Positions 1-9,951 of a stretch of DNA of 64,000 nt are shown piece after piece. The stretch spans positions 10,755-74,754 of the forward strand of contig CAVSHJ010000027.1 in NCBI GenBank assembly GCA_963727725.1. Direction: 5' to 3'. Below the pieces are notes generated by a model. That model was given only the letters and a program-made list of their open reading frames with translations, searched no databases and was not told the origin of the DNA. The translations under genes and the position numbers were made by a program. This DNA comes from Thermodesulfovibrionales bacterium. GTDB taxonomy: Bacteria > Nitrospirota > Thermodesulfovibrionia > Thermodesulfovibrionales > SM23-35. Every line of letters starts with the position of its first letter. The first letter of the stretch is position 1.

Positions 1-115
1 TAAAGACGATCGACGTGTTACTCGGCAGAACGCTTTATGCACACTCGTATCTGGAAATGTGAGAAAGCGGAGAGCAAAGGGCATGATTGACTTTGCATAG
101 AATCTCGAATAGGTT

Positions 116-195
116 GTCATTCCGGCTTGTCCGGAATCCTTCTGCTTTTAAAGAGGGATTAAGACCTCGCCTCCGGCGGATCGCGGGAATGTCAT
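116..195. repeat. Composite palindromic intergenic repeat (GTCATTCC...GGAATG family, with internal CGCCTCCGGCGGA hairpin)
   Basis: The ends gtcattccgg / cgggaatgtcat are inverted. The same modular architecture occurs at 5217, 24342 and 60031. Confidence 0.7.
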
Positions 196-261
196 GCACG
201 ATTATTTATGGCGTTATGTATCGCAAAGAGCATCGCGACTTAAGGAGAAGGAGGGTTAATA

Positions 262-1203
262 ATGCCATTCGCTCCACCTAAAGAGACATATTCGGGCAAG
301 GTATATTCTGTTACTGTCGGTAGTGACCCCAAAGGAGTTACAGTCGGGGGTGAGAATGTTCTTCCCTTTCACACGTTTGAAGGCTCGTCTCCCAACAGAC
401 CTGTTATCGCATACGAAATACAGGATGTTCCTCCCGCCGACTGGCCTGAATATCTTCAAAAACCGTACAAGAATGTATCGAATGATCCCGCTTCGTGGGC
501 AAAATTCTGCCGGGATGACCTGGGTGCGAAAGCTGTCGCGCTCAGGCTCACGGGCACCCACCCGGACCGGGAAAACCGTTCCCCCGAAGACGCAGCAAAG
601 ACTGTAAAGGATGTCCTTGCCGCTATAGACATCCCCCTGATCATACTCGGAAGCAATCACGCCGAGAAGGACTCAACCGTACTGATCGCTGCGGCAGAGG
701 CCGCAAAGGACAGGAACTGCATCATCGGCAAGGCGCAGGAGGCGAATTACAAGACGATTGCGGCTGCCGCGATGGCCAATAACCATAAGCTGATTGCAAT
801 GTCCGAGCTTGATATAAATCTCTCAAAGCAGCTGAACATCCTTATTACACAAATGGGGTTCGACAAGGAGAGGATCATTACGGACCCGATGTGTTCAGCC
901 CTTGGCTACGGGCTTGAATATACCTATTCCGTGATGGAGCGGATAAGGCTGGCAGCGCTCACCCAGAACGATGCGACTATGCAGCAGCCGATGCTGGGTG
1001 ACGTGGGTCTCTATGTGTGGAAGGTGAAAGAGGCCCAGGCGAGCGAGGCAGATGTGCCCCAGTGGGGCTCTCTGGAAGAAAGAAGTATTGCATGGGAAGC
1101 TGTGACAGCCGTGTCTCTCCTCATAGCCGGGGCCGAGCTTCTTATTATGAGGCACCCGAAAGCTATTGAGTCAGTGGAGAAGGTGGTCGAAGAACTTATT
1201 TGA
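262..1203 (+). CDS. acsD: CO dehydrogenase/acetyl-CoA synthase delta subunit (corrinoid Fe-S protein small subunit)
   Basis: 313-aa ORF with an N-terminus (MPFAPPKETYSGKVYSVTVG...VTVGGENVLPFHTFEG) typical of CdhD/AcsD. An AGGAGAAGGAGG ribosome-binding site lies upstream and acsC-acsB-cooS follow. Confidence 0.88.
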   Translation: MPFAPPKETYSGKVYSVTVGSDPKGVTVGGENVLPFHTFEGSSPNRPVIAYEIQDVPPADWPEYLQKPYKNVSNDPASWAKFCRDDLGAKAVALRLTGTHPDRENRSPEDAAKTVKDVLAAIDIPLIILGSNHAEKDSTVLIAAAEAAKDRNCIIGKAQEANYKTIAAAAMANNHKLIAMSELDINLSKQLNILITQMGFDKERIITDPMCSALGYGLEYTYSVMERIRLAALTQNDATMQQPMLGDVGLYVWKVKEAQASEADVPQWGSLEERSIAWEAVTAVSLLIAGAELLIMRHPKAIESVEKVVEELI

Positions 1204-1207
1204 GGCA

Positions 1208-1276
1208 AAGGTAAAGGTACAGGCGCAGGTACAGAATACGGACAGATTTTCTTTACCTCTGCCTCTACCTTTACCT
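1208..1276. repeat. Imperfect inverted repeat (hairpin) between acsD and acsC
   Basis: aggtaaaggtacaggcgcaggta pairs with tacctctgcctctacctttacct. By my hand alignment about 20 of 23 positions are complementary, with a loop of about 22 nt. Confidence 0.6.
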
Positions 1277-1300
1277 AACTAATATTTTTTGGAGGTTCTT

Positions 1301-2656
1301 ATGGCGTTGACCGGTGTTGAAATATTTAAACTCCTGCCAAAGACAAATTGTAAAAAATGCGGTTTCCCCACTTGTCTTGCCTTCGCGATGAAACTCGCCC
1401 AGAGGCAGGCATCCCTGGATCTGTGCCCTGACGTCTCCGAAGAAGCAAAACAGAAACTGAGCGATGCGTCCGCTCCTCCGGTGAAGCCGGTTGTGCTTGG
1501 CACGGGCGACAAGGCGGTCAAAATGGGTGAAGAGACGGTTCTATTCAGACATGATAAAAGATTTGTGAACCCCGCTGTTTTTGCACTGGGGATAAAGGAC
1601 ACATTCACCGAGGCTGAGATAAAGGGAAAGGTTGACGAAGTCCTGAAGTCGGAAATAGACAGGGTAGGTCAGAAACTGAGAATTGATGCGATTGCGCTTA
1701 CTAACGATTCAGGAGATTCATCTGCGTTCGAATCCGCCGCAAAGGTCGTCGCGGCTGCAGCGCCGGGTGTCCCCGTCATCCTCTGTACCGGAAATCCCCA
1801 GGCCGCAGAGGCTGCGGTGAAACTGTTTGCGGACAGGAAACCTGTCCTCTATGGTGCAGGTTCGGACAACCTGGAGCCGATGGCGGGCCTCGCCAGGACG
1901 TACAAGGCAACTCTTGGCGTTGTCGCGTCCCCCGGCGGAGGACTTGATGAACTTTCAAGTCTTACCGAAAAAGTCAAAGCGCTCGGTGTTGATGACATGG
2001 TGATAGATTCGGGTGCGAGAAAGGCAAAGGACATTCTGGCACACAATACTTTGATCAGGAGAGCGGCCATAAAGAAGAATTTCAAACCTCTCGGTTATCC
2101 GGTCATAACTTTTGCCGGGCGTGAAGACAGCCTCACGGAGGCACTTATCGCATCGGTCGCGGTCGCAAAATATTCTTCCATCATTGTCCTGAGCAGTATC
2201 GAGAAATGGAAGGACCTTGCCCTTTTCACGCTGAGGCAGAATATTTACACCGACCCGCAGGTCCCGATGCAGGTTGAGCAGAAGGTTTACAAGATCGGAG
2301 AGCCGGCGCCCGCTTCGCCTTTTTTTATTACAACGAACTTTTCACTCACTTACTTTATAGTCTCCGGCGAGATCGAAAACAGCAAGGTTCCAAGTTATCT
2401 TGCTGTCATGGATTGCGAAGGGCTTTCTGTTCTTACCGCATGGGCGGCGGGGAAATTTACCGCGTCAAAGATCGCACAGTTCATCAAGGAAAGCGGAATG
2501 GAAGCTAATGTCGCACACAAGGAGCTTATCATACCGGGTTATGTTGCGATACTGAGCGGCGCAATCGAAGATAAACTTGAAGGCTGGAAGGTAACAGTCG
2601 GCCCTCGCGAAGCGAACGGCATACCCGCATTCCTGAAGTCAAGGGGAGCAGCATAA
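1301..2656 (+). CDS. acsC: Corrinoid iron-sulfur protein large subunit (CODH/ACS gamma)
   Basis: N-terminal 4Fe-4S motif CKKCGFPTCLAFAMKLA. ATG at 1301 lies 6 nt after GGAGG; the ORF track starts at an upstream TTG at 1289. Confidence 0.88.
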   Translation: MALTGVEIFKLLPKTNCKKCGFPTCLAFAMKLAQRQASLDLCPDVSEEAKQKLSDASAPPVKPVVLGTGDKAVKMGEETVLFRHDKRFVNPAVFALGIKDTFTEAEIKGKVDEVLKSEIDRVGQKLRIDAIALTNDSGDSSAFESAAKVVAAAAPGVPVILCTGNPQAAEAAVKLFADRKPVLYGAGSDNLEPMAGLARTYKATLGVVASPGGGLDELSSLTEKVKALGVDDMVIDSGARKAKDILAHNTLIRRAAIKKNFKPLGYPVITFAGREDSLTEALIASVAVAKYSSIIVLSSIEKWKDLALFTLRQNIYTDPQVPMQVEQKVYKIGEPAPASPFFITTNFSLTYFIVSGEIENSKVPSYLAVMDCEGLSVLTAWAAGKFTASKIAQFIKESGMEANVAHKELIIPGYVAILSGAIEDKLEGWKVTVGPREANGIPAFLKSRGAA

Positions 2657-2711
2657 GAAGAGTTAGGAGTTAATAAGAGAGGTATAAGTGAAGACATGAA
2701 AGACATTATTC

Positions 2712-2788
2712 GTCATGCCCGAAATTCTCAGTCGGGCATCCAAGTTTCACGTGACCTCAAATGGATTCCCGCCTTCGCGGGAATGACG
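2712..2788. repeat. Two-module palindromic repeat (GTCATGCCCGAAAT..TCGGGCATCCA + TGGATTCCCGCCTTCGCGGGAATGAC)
   Basis: The same two hairpin modules in the same order and orientation recur at 52347-52418. The second module also occurs inverted at 52144-52170. Confidence 0.8.
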
Positions 2789-2992
2789 GTGAGGCGATCT
2801 TGCTTATGAACGCCTTAGTGAGAGTTGAGAGTTAAAAAAAGTTTATAGTTCCGGGCAGGTAATGTTAAAATAGAAAAAATACATTAATAAGTACAAATAA
2901 TCGCAGTTGTCAGCAGGGAAGGTTTGACCATCGGGGTGCGATCACCGTAAACTGAAGATGAAGACTGACAACTCTTTTTTGAGGAGGTAGGG

Positions 2993-5191
2993 ATGTCTAA
3001 ACTCATAGCTTCGGCAGCCATAAGAGGCGCACATGTTCTTGTAAGACAAGCTGAAGAGATGCTTGAAAAGGCTATTGCCGAGAAGGGCGAAAGCTTTCTG
3101 TTTGAATTCCCTGACACCGCCTATTATCTCCCCATGATTTATGCGATGACAGGTTTTCCCGTTAAGACATTGTCGGATATGAAGGCCGCTCTCGGGATGG
3201 CAAAGGAACTGCTGCATCCGGAGCCCGATATGGCCCTCTGGAAGCCTTACCTCGGCGAAGCGCTTGATTCGGGTATGGCAACACTCTTCGCCGAGGAGAT
3301 AATAATGGCGATGAGGTATATTAACGGGCTCGAACCCATGGTGGACGCAGAGACAGGCTACGTTTACAACGGCTTTATAACAGATACCATTCAGAGGAAT
3401 TTAGGCATACAGTTAGTCGACGGGACCATGCCCGGTTTTGCAGCGGTTCTGGGCGCGGCTCCTGACGATGACACCGCAGTGAAAATTGTACGGGAACTCC
3501 AGGAAAAGAATATACTCACCTTCCTTTCGGGCCATGTGAACGGCAACAGTGTTACGAAACAGCTACTGAGAAAGGGAGTTGAACTCGGCTGGGAGACGAG
3601 GATTGTCCCTGTCGGTCCCGAGACAGAGCATACGATATACCCGCTCAACTGGTCGGTCAGGGCGTCGCTCATCTTCGGAGGAAAGAAACCGGGTGATTTC
3701 AAGGCGCATCTCAGATATACGAAAGACAGGGTTTTCGCCTTTGCACTGGTCCTGGGCGAGCTTGACGATATAAAGTGGACGACCGGTGCAGGAGCAATAA
3801 ATATGGGCTATCCGGCTCTCTGCGATACGGACGTGCCGGTGATACATCCGACCGGCGTATGCATATATGAAGAGGTGGATAAGGAGTTTGACCACAATAA
3901 GATCGTACAGAGAGCGATCGAGGTGAGGGGATTAAAGATTATCGTTGAGAAACCTCCCATCCCTGTTTCGTACGGTCCGGCCTTTGAGGGCGAACGGATC
4001 AGGAAAGAGGACATGTTCATCGAGTTCGGCGGGGCGCGTACGCCTTCATTTGAGTGGGTGCGGCAGAGAGAGATGGAGGAGATAGAAGACGGAAAGATCA
4101 CGGTTGTCGGCAACAACTGGCAGGAGAAATACGAGCAGGGCGGAAAGATGCCGCTCGGCATAGTGATAGATGTTGCGGGAAGGAAGATGCAGAAGGACTT
4201 CGAATCGGTGATCGAGAGAAAGGTGCACCATAATATAAACGAGGCGCAGGGTATCTGGCACATGGGCCAGCGGGATATCAACTGGATAAGGATAAACCAT
4301 AACGCCAAGAGGGAAGGATTCACGCTGGAGCATCTCGGGATAATCAATGCAACCATGACCCACACAAGGTTTAAATCGATCGTCGATAAAGTCCAGGTGA
4401 CGATATATACGGATGAAGAGGATGTTCTGAGAATCCAGGAAGAGGCGAGAAGCGCCTACAAGGAACGTGACCAAAGGCTCGGCGGACTTGTGGATGAGGC
4501 GGTGGATACATTCTATTCATGCCTTCTCTGTCAGTCGTTTGCGCCGAGTCATGTATGCGTCATCAGTCCCGAGCGGCTCGGTCTCTGCGGCGCTTACAAC
4601 TGGCTCGACTGCAAGGCCGCATTCGAGATAGACCCGACAGGTGGAAACCAGCCTATTTCCAAAGGTGATCTCATAGACACAAGGTTCGGGAGATATACCG
4701 GCATTGACGAATATCTCAAGAAGGCGTCGGGGGGTGCGGTAGAGACGCTGAACCTTTATACGATAATGGAAAATCCGATGACTTCCTGCGGGTGCTTTGA
4801 ATGCATCATCGCGATAGTCCCGGAGGCGAACGGCGTAATGATTGTGCAGCGGGGCCATACCGGAATGACGCCCGTCGGGATGAAGTTTTCGACGCTGGCG
4901 GGTACCGTCGGCGGCGGTACCCAGAACCCGGGGTTTATGGGCATCGGCAGGAATTTCATCGTGAGCAAGAAGTTTCTCGCCGGTGATGGCGGGATCAAGC
5001 GGATTGTATGGATGACGAAGAACCTTAAGGAAAGTCTCAAGGAGGCCTTTGAAAAGAGGGCGGCAGAGGAAGGCGCCCCCGGGCTCCTTGAAAAAATAGC
5101 CGATGAGACCATATGCGAGGATTCCGAAAAGTTGCTCGAATTTCTCGCAAGCGTAGGACATCCGGCATTAGAGATGGAGCCGATGCTATAA
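2993..5191 (+). CDS. acsB: Acetyl-CoA synthase catalytic subunit (CODH/ACS alpha, A-cluster)
   Basis: Intact 732-aa ORF of AcsB-like length and sequence (e.g. FYSCLLCQSFAPSHVCVISPERLGLCGA, TSCGCFECI). A GAGGAGG ribosome-binding site lies upstream. Confidence 0.9.
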   Translation: MSKLIASAAIRGAHVLVRQAEEMLEKAIAEKGESFLFEFPDTAYYLPMIYAMTGFPVKTLSDMKAALGMAKELLHPEPDMALWKPYLGEALDSGMATLFAEEIIMAMRYINGLEPMVDAETGYVYNGFITDTIQRNLGIQLVDGTMPGFAAVLGAAPDDDTAVKIVRELQEKNILTFLSGHVNGNSVTKQLLRKGVELGWETRIVPVGPETEHTIYPLNWSVRASLIFGGKKPGDFKAHLRYTKDRVFAFALVLGELDDIKWTTGAGAINMGYPALCDTDVPVIHPTGVCIYEEVDKEFDHNKIVQRAIEVRGLKIIVEKPPIPVSYGPAFEGERIRKEDMFIEFGGARTPSFEWVRQREMEEIEDGKITVVGNNWQEKYEQGGKMPLGIVIDVAGRKMQKDFESVIERKVHHNINEAQGIWHMGQRDINWIRINHNAKREGFTLEHLGIINATMTHTRFKSIVDKVQVTIYTDEEDVLRIQEEARSAYKERDQRLGGLVDEAVDTFYSCLLCQSFAPSHVCVISPERLGLCGAYNWLDCKAAFEIDPTGGNQPISKGDLIDTRFGRYTGIDEYLKKASGGAVETLNLYTIMENPMTSCGCFECIIAIVPEANGVMIVQRGHTGMTPVGMKFSTLAGTVGGGTQNPGFMGIGRNFIVSKKFLAGDGGIKRIVWMTKNLKESLKEAFEKRAAEEGAPGLLEKIADETICEDSEKLLEFLASVGHPALEMEPML

Positions 5192-5216
5192 AGTTCATTT
5201 ACAATGCAGTTAGTCT

Positions 5217-5306
5217 GTCATTCCCGCAAGTGAAGCGCGTCGGGAATCCTTTTGAAAAGGGATCGGAAGGATTCCGAGCATCCGCCTGAGGCGGACGGAA
5301 TGACAG
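5217..5306. repeat. Composite palindromic intergenic repeat (GTCATTCCCG...CGGGAATCC...TCCGCCTGAGGCGGACGGAATGACAG)
   Basis: Nested hairpins. It is collinear with the copies at 24342-24439 and 60031-60112. Confidence 0.8.
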
Positions 5307-5333
5307 GAATATGATGTTATTTTGGAGGTTTTT

Positions 5334-7320
5334 ATGGACAAGGTTGTGAAGAGTGCAAATGAGGCTGCTGAAAAGATAATAGAGTGGAGTGAGTCGCAGA
5401 AGATAGACACCTGCTTCGACAGGGCGCAGAAACTGAAACCATGTCCGATTGGTTCTACCGGGGCCTGCTGCAAGATTTGCCATGTGGGGCCGTGCCGGCT
5501 TGTCGGCCATAATGCGGAGGAGGAAGCCAGAGGAGTATGCGGAGCCACGCTTCCTACAATTGCATCGAGGAACTTCCTGAGAATGGCTGCCGCAGGTGCG
5601 GCTGCACATTCGGACCATGCAAGAGATATGGCGTTCATTCTGCTCGCGGTCGCAAACGGGGAGACAGCGGACTTCAGGATAACCGACGTGAAAAAACTGT
5701 ACAGGGTTGCCGGTATTCTTGAAATAGAGTTCGAAGGACGTCCGGTCAATGACGTTGCAAGAGATGTTGCCCGTAAACTGCTGGAAGACTTCGGCCGTCA
5801 GAAAGGCGTGGTGAATTACATCAAACGGGCGCCGCAAAAGACGCAGGAAAGGTGGAAGAAATGGGGCATTATTCCGAGGGGAATCGACAGAGAGATAACT
5901 GAGGCCCTGCACCGCACGCATATGGGTGTGGACCACGACCCGGACAACCTTCTTTTGAGTGCTCTTAAGGTCTCCCTTGCAGATGGCTGGGGAGGTTCCA
6001 TGATCTCGACGGATATTACGGATATCCTTTTCGGTACTCCCAAACCGGTGAAGGGTGAGGCGAGTTTCGGCATATTCAAAGAGGACGAAGTCAACCTTGT
6101 GGTCCACGGGCACGAGCCTTCGCTGGCGGAGATAATTGTGGACGTAGTCAATGAGCCTGAGATGATTGCATATGCCCAGACAAAAGGCGCAAAGGGGATC
6201 AATCTCGGCGGCATGTGCTGTACGGCAAACGAAGTGCTGATGAGGCACGGCATCCCGACGGCAGGCGGGTTTACGAATCAGGAACTTGCGATCATGACAG
6301 GACTGGTCGATGCGATAACGGTGGATGTGCAGTGCATTATGCCGGCATTGACCGAGCTTTCAAAGAAGTTCCATACAAAGGTCATCACCACATCGTACAA
6401 AGCAAAAATACCGGGTGCGCTCCATATCGAGTATGACGAACACAGGGCGAGGGAAATAGCGCGGCAGATCGTGAGGACCGCGATCGATAATTATTCGAAC
6501 AGGAAAAAAGAGGGGAGCCATATCACCGACAAATTCCCGGTGATCGCAGGCTTTTCCCACGAATATATCGAGTACATGCAGGGCGGAAGGTGGAGGGCGT
6601 CTTTCAGGCCTCTCAATGATGCCATTATCGCCGGAAGGATCCGGGGCGTGGTCGGTCTTGCAGGTTGTGACAATCCGAGGGTTCCTTCCCAGGGACTTCA
6701 CCGTTTTCTTGCGGTTGAATTAATCAAGAATGATGTGCTTATCGTCTCGACCGGCTGCGGCTGCGGCCGCGTGCGGAACTGCAGGGTATTTGACACCTGA
6801 GATGGCTCTGGAAAACGCGGGTCCGGGATTGCGGGAGGTCTGCGAGGCGATAGGTATTCCGCCGATCCTTCATCTCGGCTCGTGCGTGGATAATTCAAGG
6901 ATTCTGACGATAGCGACAGCGATGGCTGAAGAGGGAGGTCTCTCTGATGAGATAGGAGGCATGCCGGCAGTCGGTATTGCGCCGGAGTGGATGTCCGAGA
7001 AGGCAATTGCGATCGGCTGTTATTTTGCGGCTTCGGGTTTTCCTGTAATCTTCGGAGGGGAATCGCCTGTTGAGGCGAGCAAAGAAGTAACAAGGATAAT
7101 GACCGAGGTCTGGTTTGAGAGGTTCAAGGGAGCATTCCATTTTGAGCCGGATCCGGAGAAGATACTGAATCTTGCCCTTGACTATATCGATAAGGCCAGG
7201 GAAGCACTGAAACTGAGAAAATATGAACCCGGCAAGTTCGGCGCTGAGAGGGTTCTTATGGATATGGCTGCAAGACGTGAGATTGAAAGGGCGGCAAAAC
7301 CGCATATGGGAATATATTGA
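5334..7320 (+). CDS. cooS: Anaerobic carbon-monoxide dehydrogenase catalytic subunit (CooS/AcsA), reading frame interrupted once
   Basis: The N-terminus carries the CooS cluster motifs (CPIGSTGACCKICHVGPC). The protein continues in another frame from about 6750-6790 (…NDVLIVSTGC | AAAACGTAGYLTPEMA…GSCVDNSRI). The break lies in the GC-rich repeat ggctgcggctgcggccgcg (6753-6771). Confidence 0.85.
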
Positions 7321-7356
7321 TAAAGCTGCAATTATGAAGACATTAATTGTAAAATG

Positions 7357-7446
7357 CCTCCTCTCCCTTTACCAAAGGGAGGGAATATACCCCTCTTTGG
7401 TCCGCCTAAGTCCGCCTCAGGCGGAGAAGGGGTGTGGGGAGATTTT
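7357..7446. repeat. Intergenic hairpin repeat cluster (CTCCCTTTACCAAAGGGAG; TCCGCCTCAGGCGGA)
   Basis: The TCCGCCTCAGGCGGA module is shared with 29137-29174, and variants occur at 5281, 24414 and 60212. It generates the spurious ORF 7223-7450. Confidence 0.7.
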
Positions 7447-7493
7447 TTGATAATGCTGCATTAACTTACCTATAGTTTTTTGGAGGGGTAGTG

Positions 7494-7982
7494 ATGAAAG
7501 TCCAAGAAATCGACGTTGACGAACAGATAGGCGAGGTGGGCAGGATACTCAGTGAACAGGAGAAGAAAAGAGGCGTACTTGTTCATGCACTGCAGCAGAT
7601 TCAGGAAGATGTCGGCTTTTTGCCCGAAGACGTATTGAGGACACTCTCCCAGAACCTTGATATTCCGTTGTCCGAGATTTACGGCGTCGCAACTTTTTAT
7701 AAGATGTTCCACTTCAAGCCGAGGGGAAAGAAAGTGGTGAGGGTATGCCTCGGGACAGCCTGTTACGTGAGAGGTTCAAAGAAGGTGCTCGCAAGGCTCG
7801 AAAATGAGTTTGAAGTCAAGAGCGGAGAAACTACTGAAGATCTTGCCCTGACCCTTGAGACGGTCGGATGTGTCGGATGCTGCGGACTTGCGCCTGTTTC
7901 TACTATTAATGATGAAGTCATCGGTGAAATAATCGGGGAAAAGAAAATTGAGAGATTGATAAGTTCGATAAGGGAAGATTAA
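7494..7982 (+). CDS. NuoE/HydC-like [2Fe-2S] thioredoxin-like subunit
   Basis: Motifs VCLGTACYVRG and GCVGCCGLAPV. A GGAGGGG ribosome-binding site lies upstream. Confidence 0.85.
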   Translation: MKVQEIDVDEQIGEVGRILSEQEKKRGVLVHALQQIQEDVGFLPEDVLRTLSQNLDIPLSEIYGVATFYKMFHFKPRGKKVVRVCLGTACYVRGSKKVLARLENEFEVKSGETTEDLALTLETVGCVGCCGLAPVSTINDEVIGEIIGEKKIERLISSIRED

Positions 7983-8018
7983 AAGAACGGTTTGCGAGGA
8001 CGTTAAGGGAGACTGTTC

Positions 8019-9896
8019 ATGGAACGATTAAGAAATATAGAGGATTTGAAGAATCTCAGGACACTCCTGATTGAGGATGTCTTTAGGCCCGGGAGAAATA
8101 TCGTAAAGGTCTGTTGCGGACTCCCGTGCAGCACCCTTGGCTCTCATAAGATTGCCGATGAACTTGAGGTAGAGGCAGAAAGAAGCGGCATGGATATCAA
8201 TATTGTAAAGACAGGATGTCAGGGCCTCTGCCAGAAAGGTCCGCTCTTACAGGTTGAACCACACGGGTATCTATATCAGAGGGTGCAGCCCGGAAGAGCA
8301 AACGAGATTCTTTCAAACACATTTGCAGCGGACGAACCGGTGAGGGAATTTACTTTACAGGGATATCTTTTTTGATAAGCCGAAAGCATTGCTGTCGGAA
8401 GTCCCTTTTTATAAGAAACAGCATGAAAGTTGCGCTCAGAAATACGGGCAACATTGATCCGTTTGACATCCATCATTACATAGCTGCGGCGGCTACAGCG
8501 CAGCTGAAAAGATGTTTTCCTCCATGAGCCCCGACCAGGTGATTGAAGAGGTGAAAAAGGCCAACCTGAGAGGAAGGGGCGGCGCCGGGTTTCCTGCCGG
8601 CGTTAAATGGGCGCATACCAAGAAAGCACCGGGCGAGAACAAATTGTTATAGCAAACGGGGACGAGGGAGACCCGGGCGCGTTTATGGACAGGTCGATCA
8701 TGGAAGGAGACCCCCACAGCCTGCTCGAAGGGATGCTCATCTGCGCGTACGCAGTTGGATGCGCATTATGGTTTCATCTATGTGCGCCATGAATATCCAC
8801 TGGCAATCAAGAATCTGAAGATTGCTATCAAACAGGCGGAGGAAGTCGGACTGCTGGGGAAGAATATCCTCGGCACGGGATTTGATTTTACTGTGCAGAT
8901 CAGGGAAGGCGCAGGGGCATTTGTCTGCGGTGAGTCCACCGCACTTGTCGCCTCGATCGAAGGGCGAGAAGGGGTTTCCCACACGCAAGACCGCCAAGGG
9001 TGTCGGAGACCAGGCGGAGGAGCATGGGGATATCCTTCGAATCTGAACAATGTTGAGACCTATGCATGTGTCCCCCCGATTATCGAAAAAGGCGCGGACT
9101 GGTTCCTGGGCATAGGTACCGCAGGGTTCGCCCGGCACAAAGGTTTTTGCCCTTGACCGGCAAGGTTAAGAATACGGGACTTGTTGAAGTGCCTATGGGG
9201 ATAACCCTGAGGGAGATCGTGTTCGATATCGGCGGCGGAATCATGGGAACAAGAAATTCAAGGCTGTTCAGACAGGAGGTCCTTCCGGAGGATGCATCCC
9301 GGAGCAGTATCCTTGATCTGCCCGTGGATTTCGACTCCCTGACGAAGGTCGGTTCGATCATGGGTTCGGGCGGCATGGTGGTAATGGATGAAGACAACTG
9401 CATGGTGGATATTGCCAAGTTCTTCCTCTCCTTTACACAGGCTGAGTCATGCGGAAAGTGTCCGACATGCAGAATCGGAACTTACCAGATGCTGCAGTTA
9501 CTCGAAAAGATAACATCCGGCAACGGAGAGAAAGGTGACATAGAGAGGCTCGAGAATATAGGAAGACTTGTAAAAACCGGATCTCTCTGCGGCCTCGGCC
9601 AGAGCGCGCCGAATCCTGTCCTTACCACGATCAAATATTTCCGTGAAGAATACGAAGAACATATTCATGATAAATACTGCAGGGCAAAGGTATGCAACCT
9701 CGGTATTTTTGTAATAGATCACAATGAGTGTATCCTCTGCGGCCTGTGCAAGCAGGCATGCGCCTTTGACGCGGTGAAGGAGACGAAGGAGAAGTTTCTT
9801 TATCGACCGCGACTACTGCATGAAATGCAAGTCGTGCTATTATGCGTGTCCTGTGAATGCAGTGAAGGTCGTAAGGAAAATGTACGGGCGGCTTGA
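8019..9896 (+). pseudogene. NuoF/HydB-like NAD(P)H-binding flavoprotein subunit, fragmented by at least 10 frame disruptions
   Basis: NuoF blocks are found in order but spread over all three frames: N-terminal 2Fe-2S domain (8019-8375), [131 protein letters not shown], then two ferredoxin CxxCxxCxxxCP motifs. Confidence 0.8.
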
Positions 9897-9951
9897 AGAA
9901 GAATTGAAGATAGCGCCTGAAGGCATGGATTTCATCGAAAGGAGGATAAGT

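Noticed and set aside
87-281. 64-aa ORF upstream of acsD
   Set aside because: It is a translation of the palindromic intergenic repeat (116-195). It has no ribosome-binding site, and the same repeat-derived peptides appear wherever the repeat occurs.
5199-6248. 349-aa minus-strand ORF
   Set aside because: It is entirely antisense to the well-supported cooS gene and has a low-complexity, Arg/Cys/His-rich composition. It is an antisense shadow ORF.
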